Of a DNA stretch of 60,000 nucleotides, positions 1 to 11,900 are shown piece by piece. The stretch comes from Botryllus schlosseri. Its lineage: Eukaryota. The notes under the pieces were generated by a model. The model had not been told where the DNA came from. It was given only the letters and a program-made list of their open reading frames with translations, and ran no database searches. The stretch covers positions 13,828,001 to 13,888,000 of the forward strand of contig CM119371.1 of NCBI GenBank assembly GCA_051294905.1. Reading direction: 5' to 3'. Every line of letters starts with the position of its first letter. The first letter of the stretch is position 1. Made by a program: the position numbers and the translations under genes.

Positions 1-61
1 AGATTTAATGGTATACTGCTGAAGAGTACCATTGCTTAGCATTGTATAATTCCGTTTGCAG

Positions 62-721
62 ATTGGAATGAAATACCATCTGCTGATAATCTAAGATCAG
101 CCATGAGTTACCCGTCAAGCATATTCAACCATCCATCACAAATCACGATACCATATGATGTTGCGAGGACAGCTGCACACTGCACAGGTAAGACATTGTT
201 TGATCTTGATGCTACACAACCTTTTACTCATTGGAAACCTCATTAGTATTTTCACCTCGGTCATGGTACAGTGTCGGGGGTTGTCACAAAGCCTGAATTT
301 CTTGAAGTGGCAATCTCATTTTCATCGTATTGTTGTACTTTGTCATTATCAGTGACCTTGAGCATTTTTCAAATGATTACATCTGTCAATAAATGAAATT
401 TCCAATCATAGCCTACATGGAAACCAGTTGAAGCCGGCATTAGACTATATCGAGCATACTTTGTATTGTAGCCATAAGCAGTTGCTGTTGCCTGCAAAAC
501 GCATCCTTGATTTTCTCTTGTTTTAGCAGTCCTCAAAGGGTGCACTCGCAAATATATTTAGTTTGGTACGAGATTAATTTTAGTGTATTTATTCATTTAG
601 TATGTTATATTTTTATTCAGGTCTGCATGCGGGGAATTGTGGAAGAATTGTCCGAGAATGGACATTACCGGCAGTCGTCAAGCATGTCCAGGCCTACATG
701 CAAGCTGCTTCTACTGAATGA
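62..721 (+). CDS. Probable last two coding exons (62-187, 621-721) of an unidentified spliced gene entering from upstream
   Basis: Acceptor tttgcag ends at 61; 126-nt open phase-1 exon WNEIPSADNLRSAMSYPSSIFNHPSQITIPYDVARTAAHCT; donor GTAAGA at 188; acceptor ttttattcag ends at 620; in-frame join gives ...HCTGLHAGNCGRIVREWTLPAVVKHVQAYMQAASTE with TGA at 719-721; AATAAA at ~937. Confidence 0.45.
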
Positions 722-1961
722 ACACTATTCAGCCTGCAGGACTGCGATATGATATGTCGACATTTTTATTGCTAGTCCTTTTTGTTATCTTTTCCTGGAC
801 TGTATATGCCTCTTATTTACATGCTCTTGGTCAAGGTGGGGGACTGATTGAAATGACCGATCCTAATCATTTAGGCACTGTTCAATCGTTTTCCTTATAT
901 TGCAATCTTGTGGTGTTTTGATCTGATGGAAATTTCAATAAAATGGATTGGACTACCTATATTTCGTGTCATCCAATTACATGGATATATCACAGAAAGC
1001 ACCCGTAAATTTGTTGTCAGATTTAAAATTGGTAAAGAGCAATGAAGAATCGTACGAGAGAGAAAACAGTATACTTGGAAATGTGCTGCAAGGTCAGGTA
1101 TAAGACGAAAAATAATAAAAAACTTATTTTCACATCTGAGGACTTTGAAGATAAGGTTTCTACATGTTAAGTTCTCGTCTATTGCAGAAAAGGTGCTGCA
1201 GACATGTGTTTAGACGCGGAGGCTAGTCGCAAATCCCGGTGCGAAGGGTGGTAGTTGTCTGCTTGCAGGTTGGTTGTCCAGTCAGTGAGTACTCCAGTTC
1301 CATTGGGCAATGATACCAGGTCATCGAATTCGTGCGGCTATGGTGGACTGTAAAACTGGACGGTCATGACCAGCAATAATCCTGCATCCCGACTAGTAAT
1401 AATTTCGATCTACGCCAAGATTGATATTGCAGCATATATAAGGTATATTTCGTTTGAAGGTCACCCATTTATAAATATTTCGTTTTAATGTCGTTGAAAT
1501 ACATACTGCAATCCTTGAAATCACACACAGCCAAATAATTCTCGAGAAATAACCGTTAAAAGTCGAAATATAAGGTCGGCAAGCAAGGATTTCCATTACC
1601 GCAGGTTAGCGCCGACGGACTTTTGTGCAACATTTTGCGCTCCAGTACTCTCGTAACATTGCGCTTATTAGTTGGACGACTTGTCATAGTTGAGTGACTT
1701 TGCATGGGACATCGTAATCGTCAATGGCGTGTCGTTGTTGATCGTTCGGAATATTCTTCACTTGCTACTTTAAACGCTAAGAAGTATTTATTAATCGTTT
1801 CCCAGTTCATAAAAAATTCATAGGGGGCCATAAAATAATGTAGTTTAGGGGACGTCAACCTTTTCTATGTAGCCTACAACTACAGTCTGCCAAATCTTAA
1901 AATGTCATCAACTCGCGTGACTCGACGCTCGGACGGCCAATACCTATATTTGACTGTAATT

Positions 1962-2135
1962 CAGTGGCTTGTGGCTCTGCGCCACGGGCGGAAGGCTACT
2001 TTGAGATGGCAAAATGTGAGGTGATGACCTTTTTTTAGTCATTGCGACAAGATTTAAAGATTTAAAACTATTTGAAAATTTGTGCTGCATTTTTAACGAA
2101 AGCCATGGGCGGAAGCATATGCTCCTACACCACTG
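1962..2135. mobile_element. Short hAT-type MITE
   Basis: Ends CAGTGG...CCACTG; degenerate 8-bp flanks ctgtaatt/ctgttata. Confidence 0.45.
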
Positions 2136-2474
2136 CTGTTATATTGAAGAATATTAAAGTTACAACACTGTGGGTATTTGGGTATTTCGTCTATTAGTAC
2201 TGATATATACTTGACAATGGGACCGGAAACTGTTACGAGTGATATTGAATTGTGAATCCACTGAATCGGAACCTTGTGACTTGGTTACAAATCTGGATAT
2301 TATCAATCAATGTAGTTTATTACCTTTAGTTTATCACTATGCTATATGTCTATCTCTGTATTTGACTGCTCATGACTCAACATTAGTTGATATCTAATTA
2401 CATGTTTATTTTCTAAACAGCACAAATCTTTATTTGCCTATAGTATATATATTCTTTACGAGTGATTGGTGATC

Positions 2475-4094
2475 ATGGTGCAGGTTGTTTGTCAAGACGT
2501 GGAGAAACATGCAGTGAAGATGCTCGAGCAATTACATCGAATGAAACAAGATGAAGATCATTGTGATTTCATAGTTCAAGTCGGAAATGATGTCTATCGC
2601 ACCCACAAAAATATGTTGTCGGCTGGCTCGGATTATTTCAGAGCTATGCTGAAGCATGACACGAAAGAAAGTCGTGAAGGAAGAATCGTTTTTAAAGATG
2701 TAGATTCCGAGTGTATGAAAAATTGCATCGATTTCATATATTCAAGTAAAGTTGAGATTCCTGACGGGAAAAACATTGAACTTCTTCACGTCGCAATCAT
2801 TCTGCAGCTGGAAGATGTAAAACATGCAATATCTGATATTTTGGCGGAATCAATCACAGTTGACAACTACTTCGCTACAAGAAATATTGCTGATATTTAT
2901 GGGCTGGTCGATGTTGCTTTGACATGCCGAATGTTTTTACAAGAAAATATCATGGAAATTGCAAGCCAAGCTGGATTTGGAAGTGTTGAAAAAGGTGATG
3001 TTTTAAGTTCTATAAAGGCCGCAAATCGGAAGTTATTGGAAGAAGAAAAACTAGAGTTATCGCTCTAGTGGATCGAGACATGTGAAAAGAAGGAATATTT
3101 GAATGAATTTCTAGAATTGATCGAGTGTGATGGAATTCCTCCTGCCTTTTTACAACAACTTCTAGAAACCTACCTTGTTATCAGAAACGACTCGCACTTG
3201 TACAAGTTGTTTACCGGACATCTTCCGGAATTTTCAGTTGAACAAATTGAGAGAAAAGAATTGATGGTTATTTTTGATGATTACGATAATTGTATTCTAT
3301 CCCTTAATCCAAGAACAGAGAAAATAACCAAGTTTCACAACGAAAAGATGGCCAATGAAGATCGTTTCTCAATGATTTCTTATCGCCAGTATATTTATAT
3401 TTTATGCGACAATAAATCAGTTCATCGACTCGATGTTGTAAGAAAAAATGCAAAATGGCAAAGAATGGAAGATATGATTTGTGACCACGGTGGACTACCT
3501 AGCTCAGTGTTATTTTGCGGATCCATATATCTTATTGGAGGAAGCGAAAAATTAGTAACGGATGATGTGGAAAGATTCGACCCCTCAGTCAATCAATGGT
3601 TTCCACAGGGAAACTTGCCTACGGCAATTTGTGATGCAAGTCTTGTATCATTGAATGATTCCATCTATTGTATCGGAGGTGAAACACAAGATGGTTTTGA
3701 AGTTTCTTCATTCTACAGATTTACTCCATCCTCATCAGAGTGGGTTATCCTCGAACCAATGAGATATCCTACTCGTGGATGCGGTGCGGTTGCAATCGAT
3801 CAAAAGATATTTGTGACGGGTGGGTTGAGTGGAGGATATATCAACAATGTAGAATGTTACGATGTTACTTCAGCTCAATGGACTTCATTGTCATCTATGA
3901 ATTTTGATCATGGACGCAATACCGCCTATCACATCGGCAATTGGATATTTGTACTGGATACGTTTGACTTTGAGCTTGATATCATTGAAAAATATGATTT
4001 AGTGAAGAAAAGATGGTGTAGCATCACAACGGAAGGAGATCAATCTTTTGGTATCTGTGGATCTGCAATAGTGAAGATATCGTCAGGCCTCTAG
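2475..4094 (+). pseudogene. Intronless Kelch-like protein (BTB-BACK-Kelch) interrupted by one in-frame TAG at 3066-3068
   Basis: BTB motif CDFIVQVG...HKNMLSAGSDYFRAML, BACK region, kelch blades IYLIGG/IYCIGG/IFVTGG with Y..W; ORFs 2466-3068 and 3099-4094 are in the same frame (LSL*WIETCEKKEYLNEF); acceptor ctaat...tttctaaacag ends at 2420, upstream of the ATG. Confidence 0.9.
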
Positions 4095-5574
4095 TTTACC
4101 GTACCACGATCTAACATATCAAACTTGCCTTCCCTCACATTCCACCTCTTTTGGTTGCCTGTCTTTTTGTATTAGCTTCTTTCACTTTTCGTTCAGTGTG
4201 CTGCCTCCTTTCTACATCGCCCAGGCCCGGGTGGGAGTCTGATTTCAAAGACTACCCAATGTCTTCGACACCTCCTCCTTTCATTGTATCAGTCTTGTGG
4301 TGTATTGAAATTGTAATATTAAATTGAATTGATCTGGTTCTGAATGACTAGTAATTGCTGCCAAACATTTTCTCGTGTGCTTTGACTTTGTATTTATGCC
4401 CTGTGTTCTGTACAAACTTTGTCTTGGTCAGCTAAATAATTCTAGTTTTCTAGACGTTTTTAGACTAAATTACTAACTCATCAAACCTTTTTTTGCTCTA
4501 ATTATCTTCTAATTTTTAAAATGTTTCCATGCTATCAATTCTAATGTAATTTCTGGTTTCCCTGGAAATGGTACAGCAAAGCTGTATAGTGCAAAGCAAC
4601 CAAAATTTGCTGTACAGACAGTTGCTATTCTCTTACTCACAAGAATTATCCGATTCGATATTAACGGGAATTGTTTCAATGTCCAAGTTAAGATGAATTC
4701 AGCAATTCTAATCTAATTTGGAAGAAAGTGTGTTGCTATAATTCTGCTTTAATTTGGAAAAAGCTTTATTGCTGTAATTTCCAGTTGTGCAAGTCTGGTT
4801 CTGTGATGTACTCGCCTTTGTAAATCTCCTCTCTGGATAGTCATTCTTCTCTTGATGAATTTAGACGTTGGATTGTTATGACTGTTCTACCAAGACCTAC
4901 AACGTAACTCTGGCGCGGCATGTTTTTTGTTCACGCATGCATCTTTAAAGTCCTTTCAAGCAAAATAAGAAGTCTTGGACTGTGCAAGACCGACAATATC
5001 AGGATTTCTTGAAATCAATCGATGTACGTTCCAAGCAATTCAGAACCTTAAACAACTTATTCGATATAACGTAGCCGACTCCTGTTGAAATGTTCACATT
5101 GGTCACTCCTAATGAACTCATCGAGTAGTCACTGAAATTTATTGTCAATTTGTTTCATGTGAGGAATATAAATTACGAAGTCTTAACACGGTGTTGCTGG
5201 AAAATGGCACTGCAGCTTGAGACAGAGTCTTGCAACATGTGTTGGTCCTTCATTCCAAGTCAGGCCAAAGGTAGACGCCCTGATATGATCCAATCCTGAG
5301 TTTTCAACCTAAACCGAAGATACACTCAGTCAGTATATCCAGAACAGTGTTTATGAAGAAATGCAATCCTTACCCGAGGGTGAAGCTGCAAAATGATGTA
5401 TTCCCCTGAAGTAGCTGTGAAAAATATACAATACATTGATGAGATGGTTGAACATGACTTTGAGCCAACTCAATATTTATAGTAGTTTCTCTTGAATGAT
5501 GAAACCAAAAAAGTAGGATGAAAAGGTCAAATTGAATAGAATGTATATGTTTGCGGCTTATACACTGACACATG

Positions 5575-5846
5575 ATATATACACACACACAATCTGTGCC
5601 TATGCATACCATGAGTCAGTGATGTGCAAATGCTGCTGGACAAGGAATGTGCAGATATAGCCTTGTACGGCTTTCAAAGTCTTGCACCAACCCTGCATGC
5701 TGTCCAGGTAATGTTGAGCGCCAAGTGGGGGAGTCCTGAATACCAGTGTTACCAATAAGGTCATTGGCGTGACCTGGCCAGGGATCGAACCCACGATCTA
5801 CCAATCAAGCAGCCGGACGTTCCACCATTACGCTATCTCGTCGGTC
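5575..5846 (-). mobile_element. tRNA-derived SINE with MetaSINE-like central domain
   Basis: Minus strand: A box TAGCGTAATGG, B box GGTTCGATCCC, then GGTCACGCCAATGAC...CCCACTTGGCGCTCAACATTA, and a (TG)n tail. Confidence 0.7.
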
Positions 5847-5927
5847 ACTTGTAGCAGCCTGCAGATATGATCATTAATGAAGTACTTCTCCTTTTTTTCT
5901 ATCACTTAAGCCTACTACGGTACAAAC

Positions 5928-6950
5928 TAGGGTTGGATGATCCGGATAACTGTTAACTGGTTAACCGCAGGTTTTTTTATTATCCGATATCCGGATATAA
6001 ATCTGCCGGTTAACCGTTAATAATGTGTTTTAAACTTTTAGAAAGCTTCGATAAGTCGTATTATCAGTGTTTCTCGCGGCCAATTAATGAGAAGCGAGTC
6101 GCCAATTAGCGGGATACGTCAATGCACTGTATAGTGTGTAACGCGACGGAATCTCCCGCTGGGAAGATCGCTACATTAGGTCATTGATTGCCGCAAACTC
6201 AGCTATCGTTGCTGGCCTGGTTTTCCGAGTCTTTAACAAGCCTATTGTTCCGCTGGCAGAATCACATCTGCAATAGGCTCTGTGGACATTATACCATCAC
6301 TGGCCTACATAATCGCATCTGCATTGGCTTGGTGCTCACGATATTATCGCTGGCCTGCACAATCGCATCTGCAATAGGCATGGTACGAACGATATCATCG
6401 CTGGCGTAACCATAGTCTCGGGCCTGGCATGCGTTGGCTCCTATCTCTTGGTAGCTTGGAGACAATATGCTGCTGAGATTATTATGATCAGCGATTGTGA
6501 TTAATGAGTGACATTGCGAAACTGAATGACATCGAATGTTCCCATTCCGGAAACATGTTCGTGCGTGCAAGCGTAATCGATTTCCGCTGATACTAAATTC
6601 GAAAAAAAAAATTGAAACCACCTCGTTTTATTTAAAACACCCCCTTATTTTTCGGCTGGCTACGGGCCTGATCATGTGAATTTCTCATGAAGGAATTAGA
6701 GCGAGCTACCATGTCGGCCTCAATTCCGGTATCAGCTACTCGTCCTTCCAGTACTGGACACCTACGCAGAAGAATGGGCAAAAAGGAAGCGCTGCTTACT
6801 ACATTCAGCCTTGCTTACTATAATTCAGCCCATTTTGTGGAAGCAGAAAGAGCATTTAATACGTGTGGACTCTTTGTTACAAAACTCCGGTCCCGGCTAC
6901 AGGATGCCACTATTGATGGGTGTACTTTATAAGGAAGGAGCTGCAATTAC
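5928..6950 (+). mobile_element. Decayed hAT transposon with relic of the C-terminal dimerization domain
   Basis: TAGGGTTG start; peptide VEAERAFNTCGLFVTKLRSRLQDATID (~6838-6918) matches the hAT dimerization motif (S.E.ER.FS....T..R.RL....I); absent from duplicate copy B. Confidence 0.6.
6250..6410. repeat. Minisatellite, ~50-bp unit x3
   Basis: Repeated cgctggc...aatcgcatctgcaataggc...gatatcat. Confidence 0.7.
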
Positions 6951-7369
6951 ACTGTGTAATGATTTTGAATATATTTGAATGAATATATTTGGTGTACCAA
7001 TAAGAAAGAGATCAAAACGTTATGACAGATAACATATGGATATGAAACTTCATGGGGTTCACTTGACTAATTTAACACTGAAATTTTCAATCTTTTGGAC
7101 AGGATGTTTGCTATATATTAGTTACTCTGTTGCGTACTCTGGATATGTTACAGTGCTTCGTAGAGGCTCACCTGAAGTCATCATGATTCTGAAAATCCTG
7201 ATATCGAGATCTTGTCTTTTGGCAGGAGACAAAGCCTGAAAGAAAATCTCATATTACACAGCCGAAAAAATAGACTTCACTTCTTAAATGTGACTTGGAC
7301 AAAAAAACGACAAAATTTAGCACTTGTTCCACCTTGAACACAAAAATGTTACAAATGCTCCCATTTCGT

Positions 7370-7690
7370 ATTTCTGTATTTATGATGATACAGAGATTTT
7401 TGCGAATAATTATCGAGACGACAGATGTGGTGTCGTCAGGAGGGGCCGTTCACACTTCCATTTGTGTGCCTTGGAGTCCACTGTTATCAAAATACATCAA
7501 CCAAAACTTAACAAAAGGAGTTCGTGTAACACCTAAAAATAGTACATTGAACGCTCTCTCATTCGAAATTTCGTGCTGGTGACGTCATATTTTGTGTTAC
7601 GATTGCTGACGATTACCACTGACGAGTGTCAGCCGAAAATACCCAGGTTCATTTCAGTATGAATACACTTTTCAATTGTACAATACTGAC
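7370..7690 (+). mobile_element. 5'-truncated Penelope-like element tail (GIY-YIG C-terminus plus degenerate hammerhead)
   Basis: NYRDDRCGVVRRGRSHFHLCALESTVIKIHQPKLN aligns to PYNDSQFSILARGRSLFHLKVLESTIIKLRKPILC of the 12104 ORF; CTGACGA...GAAA at 7619-7638. Confidence 0.75.
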
Positions 7691-7701
7691 AGCATCATAA
7701 C

Positions 7702-9190
7702 CAAGGCTGTGGAGTCGGTAAATTTTACTACCGACTCCGGCTCCGACTCCACACATTTTCAATATACCGACTCCGACGTCTATAAATGTACCGACTCCGA
7801 CGTCTATAAATGTACCGACTCCAACTCCGACTCCTGGGTCTTTAAACGTCCCGACTCCGACTTCAGCCTTATTACTAATTTACTTCGAAAATGATATGCC
7901 ACATTGTCGGTTGAATGACTATCATACAACCATTAAACATATGCAAAGATATGATTAACGGTGGCATGCTAAATTGTTTCATTGTGGCACAGCTCGAATT
8001 ATCCACTATGCAATTAACATGAAAGAAAGATTTTCTAAATATCCTTCCTTTTACAAGTTTTTATAACATGGACTCTCTAATATCCTGAAATGTATGAATC
8101 ATTCAAATATGGCAGATATCCAATCCTGTACAATAAAAATGTAGATAAAAATCCAAGTGTAGCTCTTGTGTATGAGTCAGCAACTAATAAAGAGTTTGAA
8201 CCTACTAATTTTGTCATTGCACACTATACTGATTACAAGCACACACACTCTTACTACTAATAGACATCGGTCATAAATTGAATTTAGTTATATAGGTAGT
8301 CAAAGACCATAGCCTATGTCTAGTCTACATGTACTTAATCAAGTATTCGAGGATTGGGACTTGCAGTCTTTCTTAATCATTTGTTCGACCCAAACAGCTA
8401 AGCTACACTACAAATATTTTTAATTTCGTCAAGTAGGAAGCATCGTTTGGTCATATTTACATCATTTTTACAATTTTACAAACCAGCCGATGCATTTGCT
8501 CTGTCACAGTATCATGGTATAATTCCAAAAGTTGCATCAATTTTGAATGCATCGCGAAAACGCATATTGCGATTTTCTTCCCCTGTGCAGCTGAGTTGTA
8601 ATTTGCAAGTGATGTCTAATTTTATCTATATCAGGAGTGGCAACTTTTTTGGCCAAAGGGACACATGAGATTTACGAGCCATTGCGTCGGCCACTGGAAT
8701 ATTGATAACCTTTTTTTAGTCGTCCGATAGGAGCGAACCGAATTAGGTAACATGGCAAACAAGACTTATATTAATACGCTCTAAAATTGATAACAATATA
8801 TCATGCAACTGTGCAGTGCGTAAACAGGCAAGATATTGACTGAATTATATCAATAAATATGTTGCTAACATACCTTGGGGGTCGCATCTGTATACCATAC
8901 TGAGCTCATTTAGCAAGGACAGGATTATTCAACATTTAGATATTGATCTTTATGGTTATTAATAACAGTGATTGGTGGTACATAAAAATTCTATTGAAAA
9001 TTCTCTGAAAGCAAATGTTTTCGTGATAGAGAAGTTGGAGTCGAAGTCAGGGTCATTCTCACAAACTCCGACTCCAGTCAGTATTTTCCCATCGACTCCG
9101 ACTCCAGCTATTATAGTTTTCGCGACTCCGACTCCATCAAGCGAAAATTACCCAGACTCCGACTCCACCGACTCCGACTCCATAACCATG
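7702..9190. mobile_element. Non-autonomous DNA transposon with GACTCC subterminal repeats
   Basis: Imperfect TIRs CAAGGCTGTGGAGTCGG / CCGACTCCATAACCATG; arrays of (c)gactcc at both ends; TSD not recognised. Confidence 0.7.
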
Positions 9191-11900
9191 TTAGCTTGAA
9201 ATGCGCCCCGACTAAATTATATCGATTTTGTAAATATAGTTCCAGTACGCTACTAAAAGTACTAAACTTGCTGTTTTGACTTTCTGTGATGCTTAACAGT
9301 TGAAACATTTTGAACTGCGTGGTCCTTGAGGTCGAGGTATCGCCAAAGCAATGAAATAAAAATCCACCATAGTAACAATGTAACATAGTTATCGTGATGA
9401 AATATAAAATAAAAAGTTTAATGGAGTCCCTGCAGTAGCATAATTAGATTTTTAGTAAGCATTTATCAATATTTTTACTACGTTTCTTAAGCCTTTCGCG
9501 GGCCGCACAAAACCGGTGTAGCGGGCCGTAGTTTACATTGTTAAGTGAAATTTTCCAAATCGAGCGACAAACGCTGGAATGTTGGAGCGCATAAAACAAA
9601 ACATTCCTAAGGTGATCAGATATGTATAACAGTTGCTCGATTTAGATAATCTCACACTGTGTCCCAAAACTACTTTCTACTACACCAAATCCAAGTGTCA
9701 AAAGAAAGTAGTTTTGTATAGAAACGTTTAAGTACCGGCATTAAAAATATGACTATTTGAGTATGTCGTTCAAGTTTGTCATCCTTTTTCATGAAATCGA
9801 AAATATCCTCAGATGATGCCTAAATGTCCCCTTTTTTGTGAATCCGCCCTGCTTTATAGATTCGACAGCCAGGCTAACGAACAGGCACAACTAAAAAACA
9901 CCATAAATTATGAAAAATCTGTGATGCTGATGTTCGAGCGGGTCATTCGAGAGTAGGACTGGAAAATGACCTTTTTTTGACAACACCAAAGCACTACAGT
10001 ATAAAGTGGGTCATTCAGGAGTCGAGGCGGAAAAATTACCTATTTCATTGAGTAGTTTTCCAAAAGGGCCCGTATTTCCGGATCCCAACATATGGTAACG
10101 ATAATAAGTAGACAAAACCTACTTGAGTAGTCCGAAAAGTAGTCGTACTTTGTTTCCGACCTCCTCTACTTCCAAGTTGATGACTGTTATGTGCATAGAA
10201 TGTCGATGTCAATCCTATTTGTGCCTCGTAAAATATGCAGCCGGATAAAAATCATCGTGTATGACAATTGGGAGACTTCCTTGCTTGAAAGTTGCAGCTT
10301 GCTTGACCATGATCGGAAGAAAATCCTTGCCTGTGATGATGAAGGATCAAGGATGCATCAATTTAAAAACAATCCAAATTCTAACTCAACAGTCATTCAC
10401 TGCATTGAGACTTGTTACGAACAGAACTAAGCCACTTATTGGTGGTCGCACAGACAGGCAAATATTTGGATTTGGCAAAAACAGAAAACCAGAATTTACT
10501 GACAGTGAAGCCCTAGGTACATCCGTCACACAGTCATTGATGTTTGACGGATACCAACTGATCAGTTGATATTGTTGTGTTGTATGAATGTCGTTTATGA
10601 TTTGGGCTATGATGCTGATGATAAAATGAACAGCATTTAAATCAGTGCTTACTAACCTTTTTCAGATTTGACAAATTTGACAAATCGACAATTTGAGAAT
10701 ACGAGTGTACCAAGCTGTGAAGCTGACAAGAATGCTCGTAATGGTGGATTACAAACGAGAAAGAGGATGTAAGTTGAGAAAGAGTTGTGTAAGTTGAACA
10801 TAAAAGGGTCCCGAGTATTGTTTGCCGATTAAAATCGGGCTGGATTGCATTTCAAATCAATGTTCACAATTTCAAGGCATACACAAGAACACACTGTCCA
10901 CACTAATATATCAAAATGACTGTCACAAAAATCTGGTTCAGTACTTACTGTAAGCGCGGGAACGTGGCTTTGGTTCAGATGAGGGGAAGGGTAGGCCTAT
11001 AGTCCTGTCTAATCGTAATAAGATTAGGTGTTTGGCATTTTTGGCAAATTGAATATAAACTGTAATATTTAGAAATTCTTCACGGGCCGCAGTACACTAT
11101 AATTTGAATTCTAAGTCGTGTCGCAAGCTTTTATTTTATCACATAGTATTCATACAGTAACCGAAGACAAGGCGACAATAGACATATAATTTAAACATTC
11201 ATTTGATGAACTCACATACGGAAGGTCAGAAATATCAACGGAACTTCATAAGCTGGCCATCCTTAATCAATTCGTCAAAATTAGGGACGACAGAAGGTTA
11301 AAGTGCCGAAAGGATGGAAATTTGAATATGGGAGCAGCGATCGGGTCATTGATACATGCTCTTATGCTCATTCTGCGTTTGGTCAACTTCAGAACCCACA
11401 ATGCTGACAGCATCATAACCAGCATATCATCTTTAAATACGTTTCAATAAAAGGCACATAGTGTTAAACTTGACTCTTTACCTACTGTTATGAGGACGAC
11501 ATACACGACACAATTTACTGTTGTCTCGAACATTTGGTTAATTCGGTTGATTCATTTTGCATCTCATAACTTGATAAATTGTGTCTGTAATTAGGATGGT
11601 CGGAATCCAATGGTGTTTCAAATTACATTAACAAAACTTCGTCTCCTTTTTGTATTGACTTAGACATGTGATTTTGAATGAGTTGAGCCATAGAGGATAA
11701 ATCTACAACACATTAATGAACCATTTTTCCAAGTACAGCACTGAAAGTTGAAGTTCTAATCCAAAATCACAATTGTGATCAGAAGTAACTCATTTCCGTT
11801 TTGATTTCTTTGGACGTTTAACAACTGAAACGTTTAAAAATAGGTTCGCCCTGAGGACGGGCTATTGCGCCAACAATAAAATATTTCTCAATATTTTTAT

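Noticed and set aside
3066..3068. Stop-codon reassignment (TAR=Gln) or programmed readthrough explaining both kelch stops
   Set aside because: The same genes terminate normally with TAG and TAA, and the context TAG-TGG is not a known leaky motif
5770..5846. tRNA gene candidates (also 20355-20427, 35979-36040)
   Set aside because: A/B boxes run into SINE bodies with tails or TSDs, and no complete cloverleaf is evident
7728..7862. Regular ccgactccga repeats with short spacers resembling CRISPR
   Set aside because: Repeats are ~10 bp, spacers repeat themselves, there are no cas genes, and they are subterminal motifs of a eukaryotic transposon
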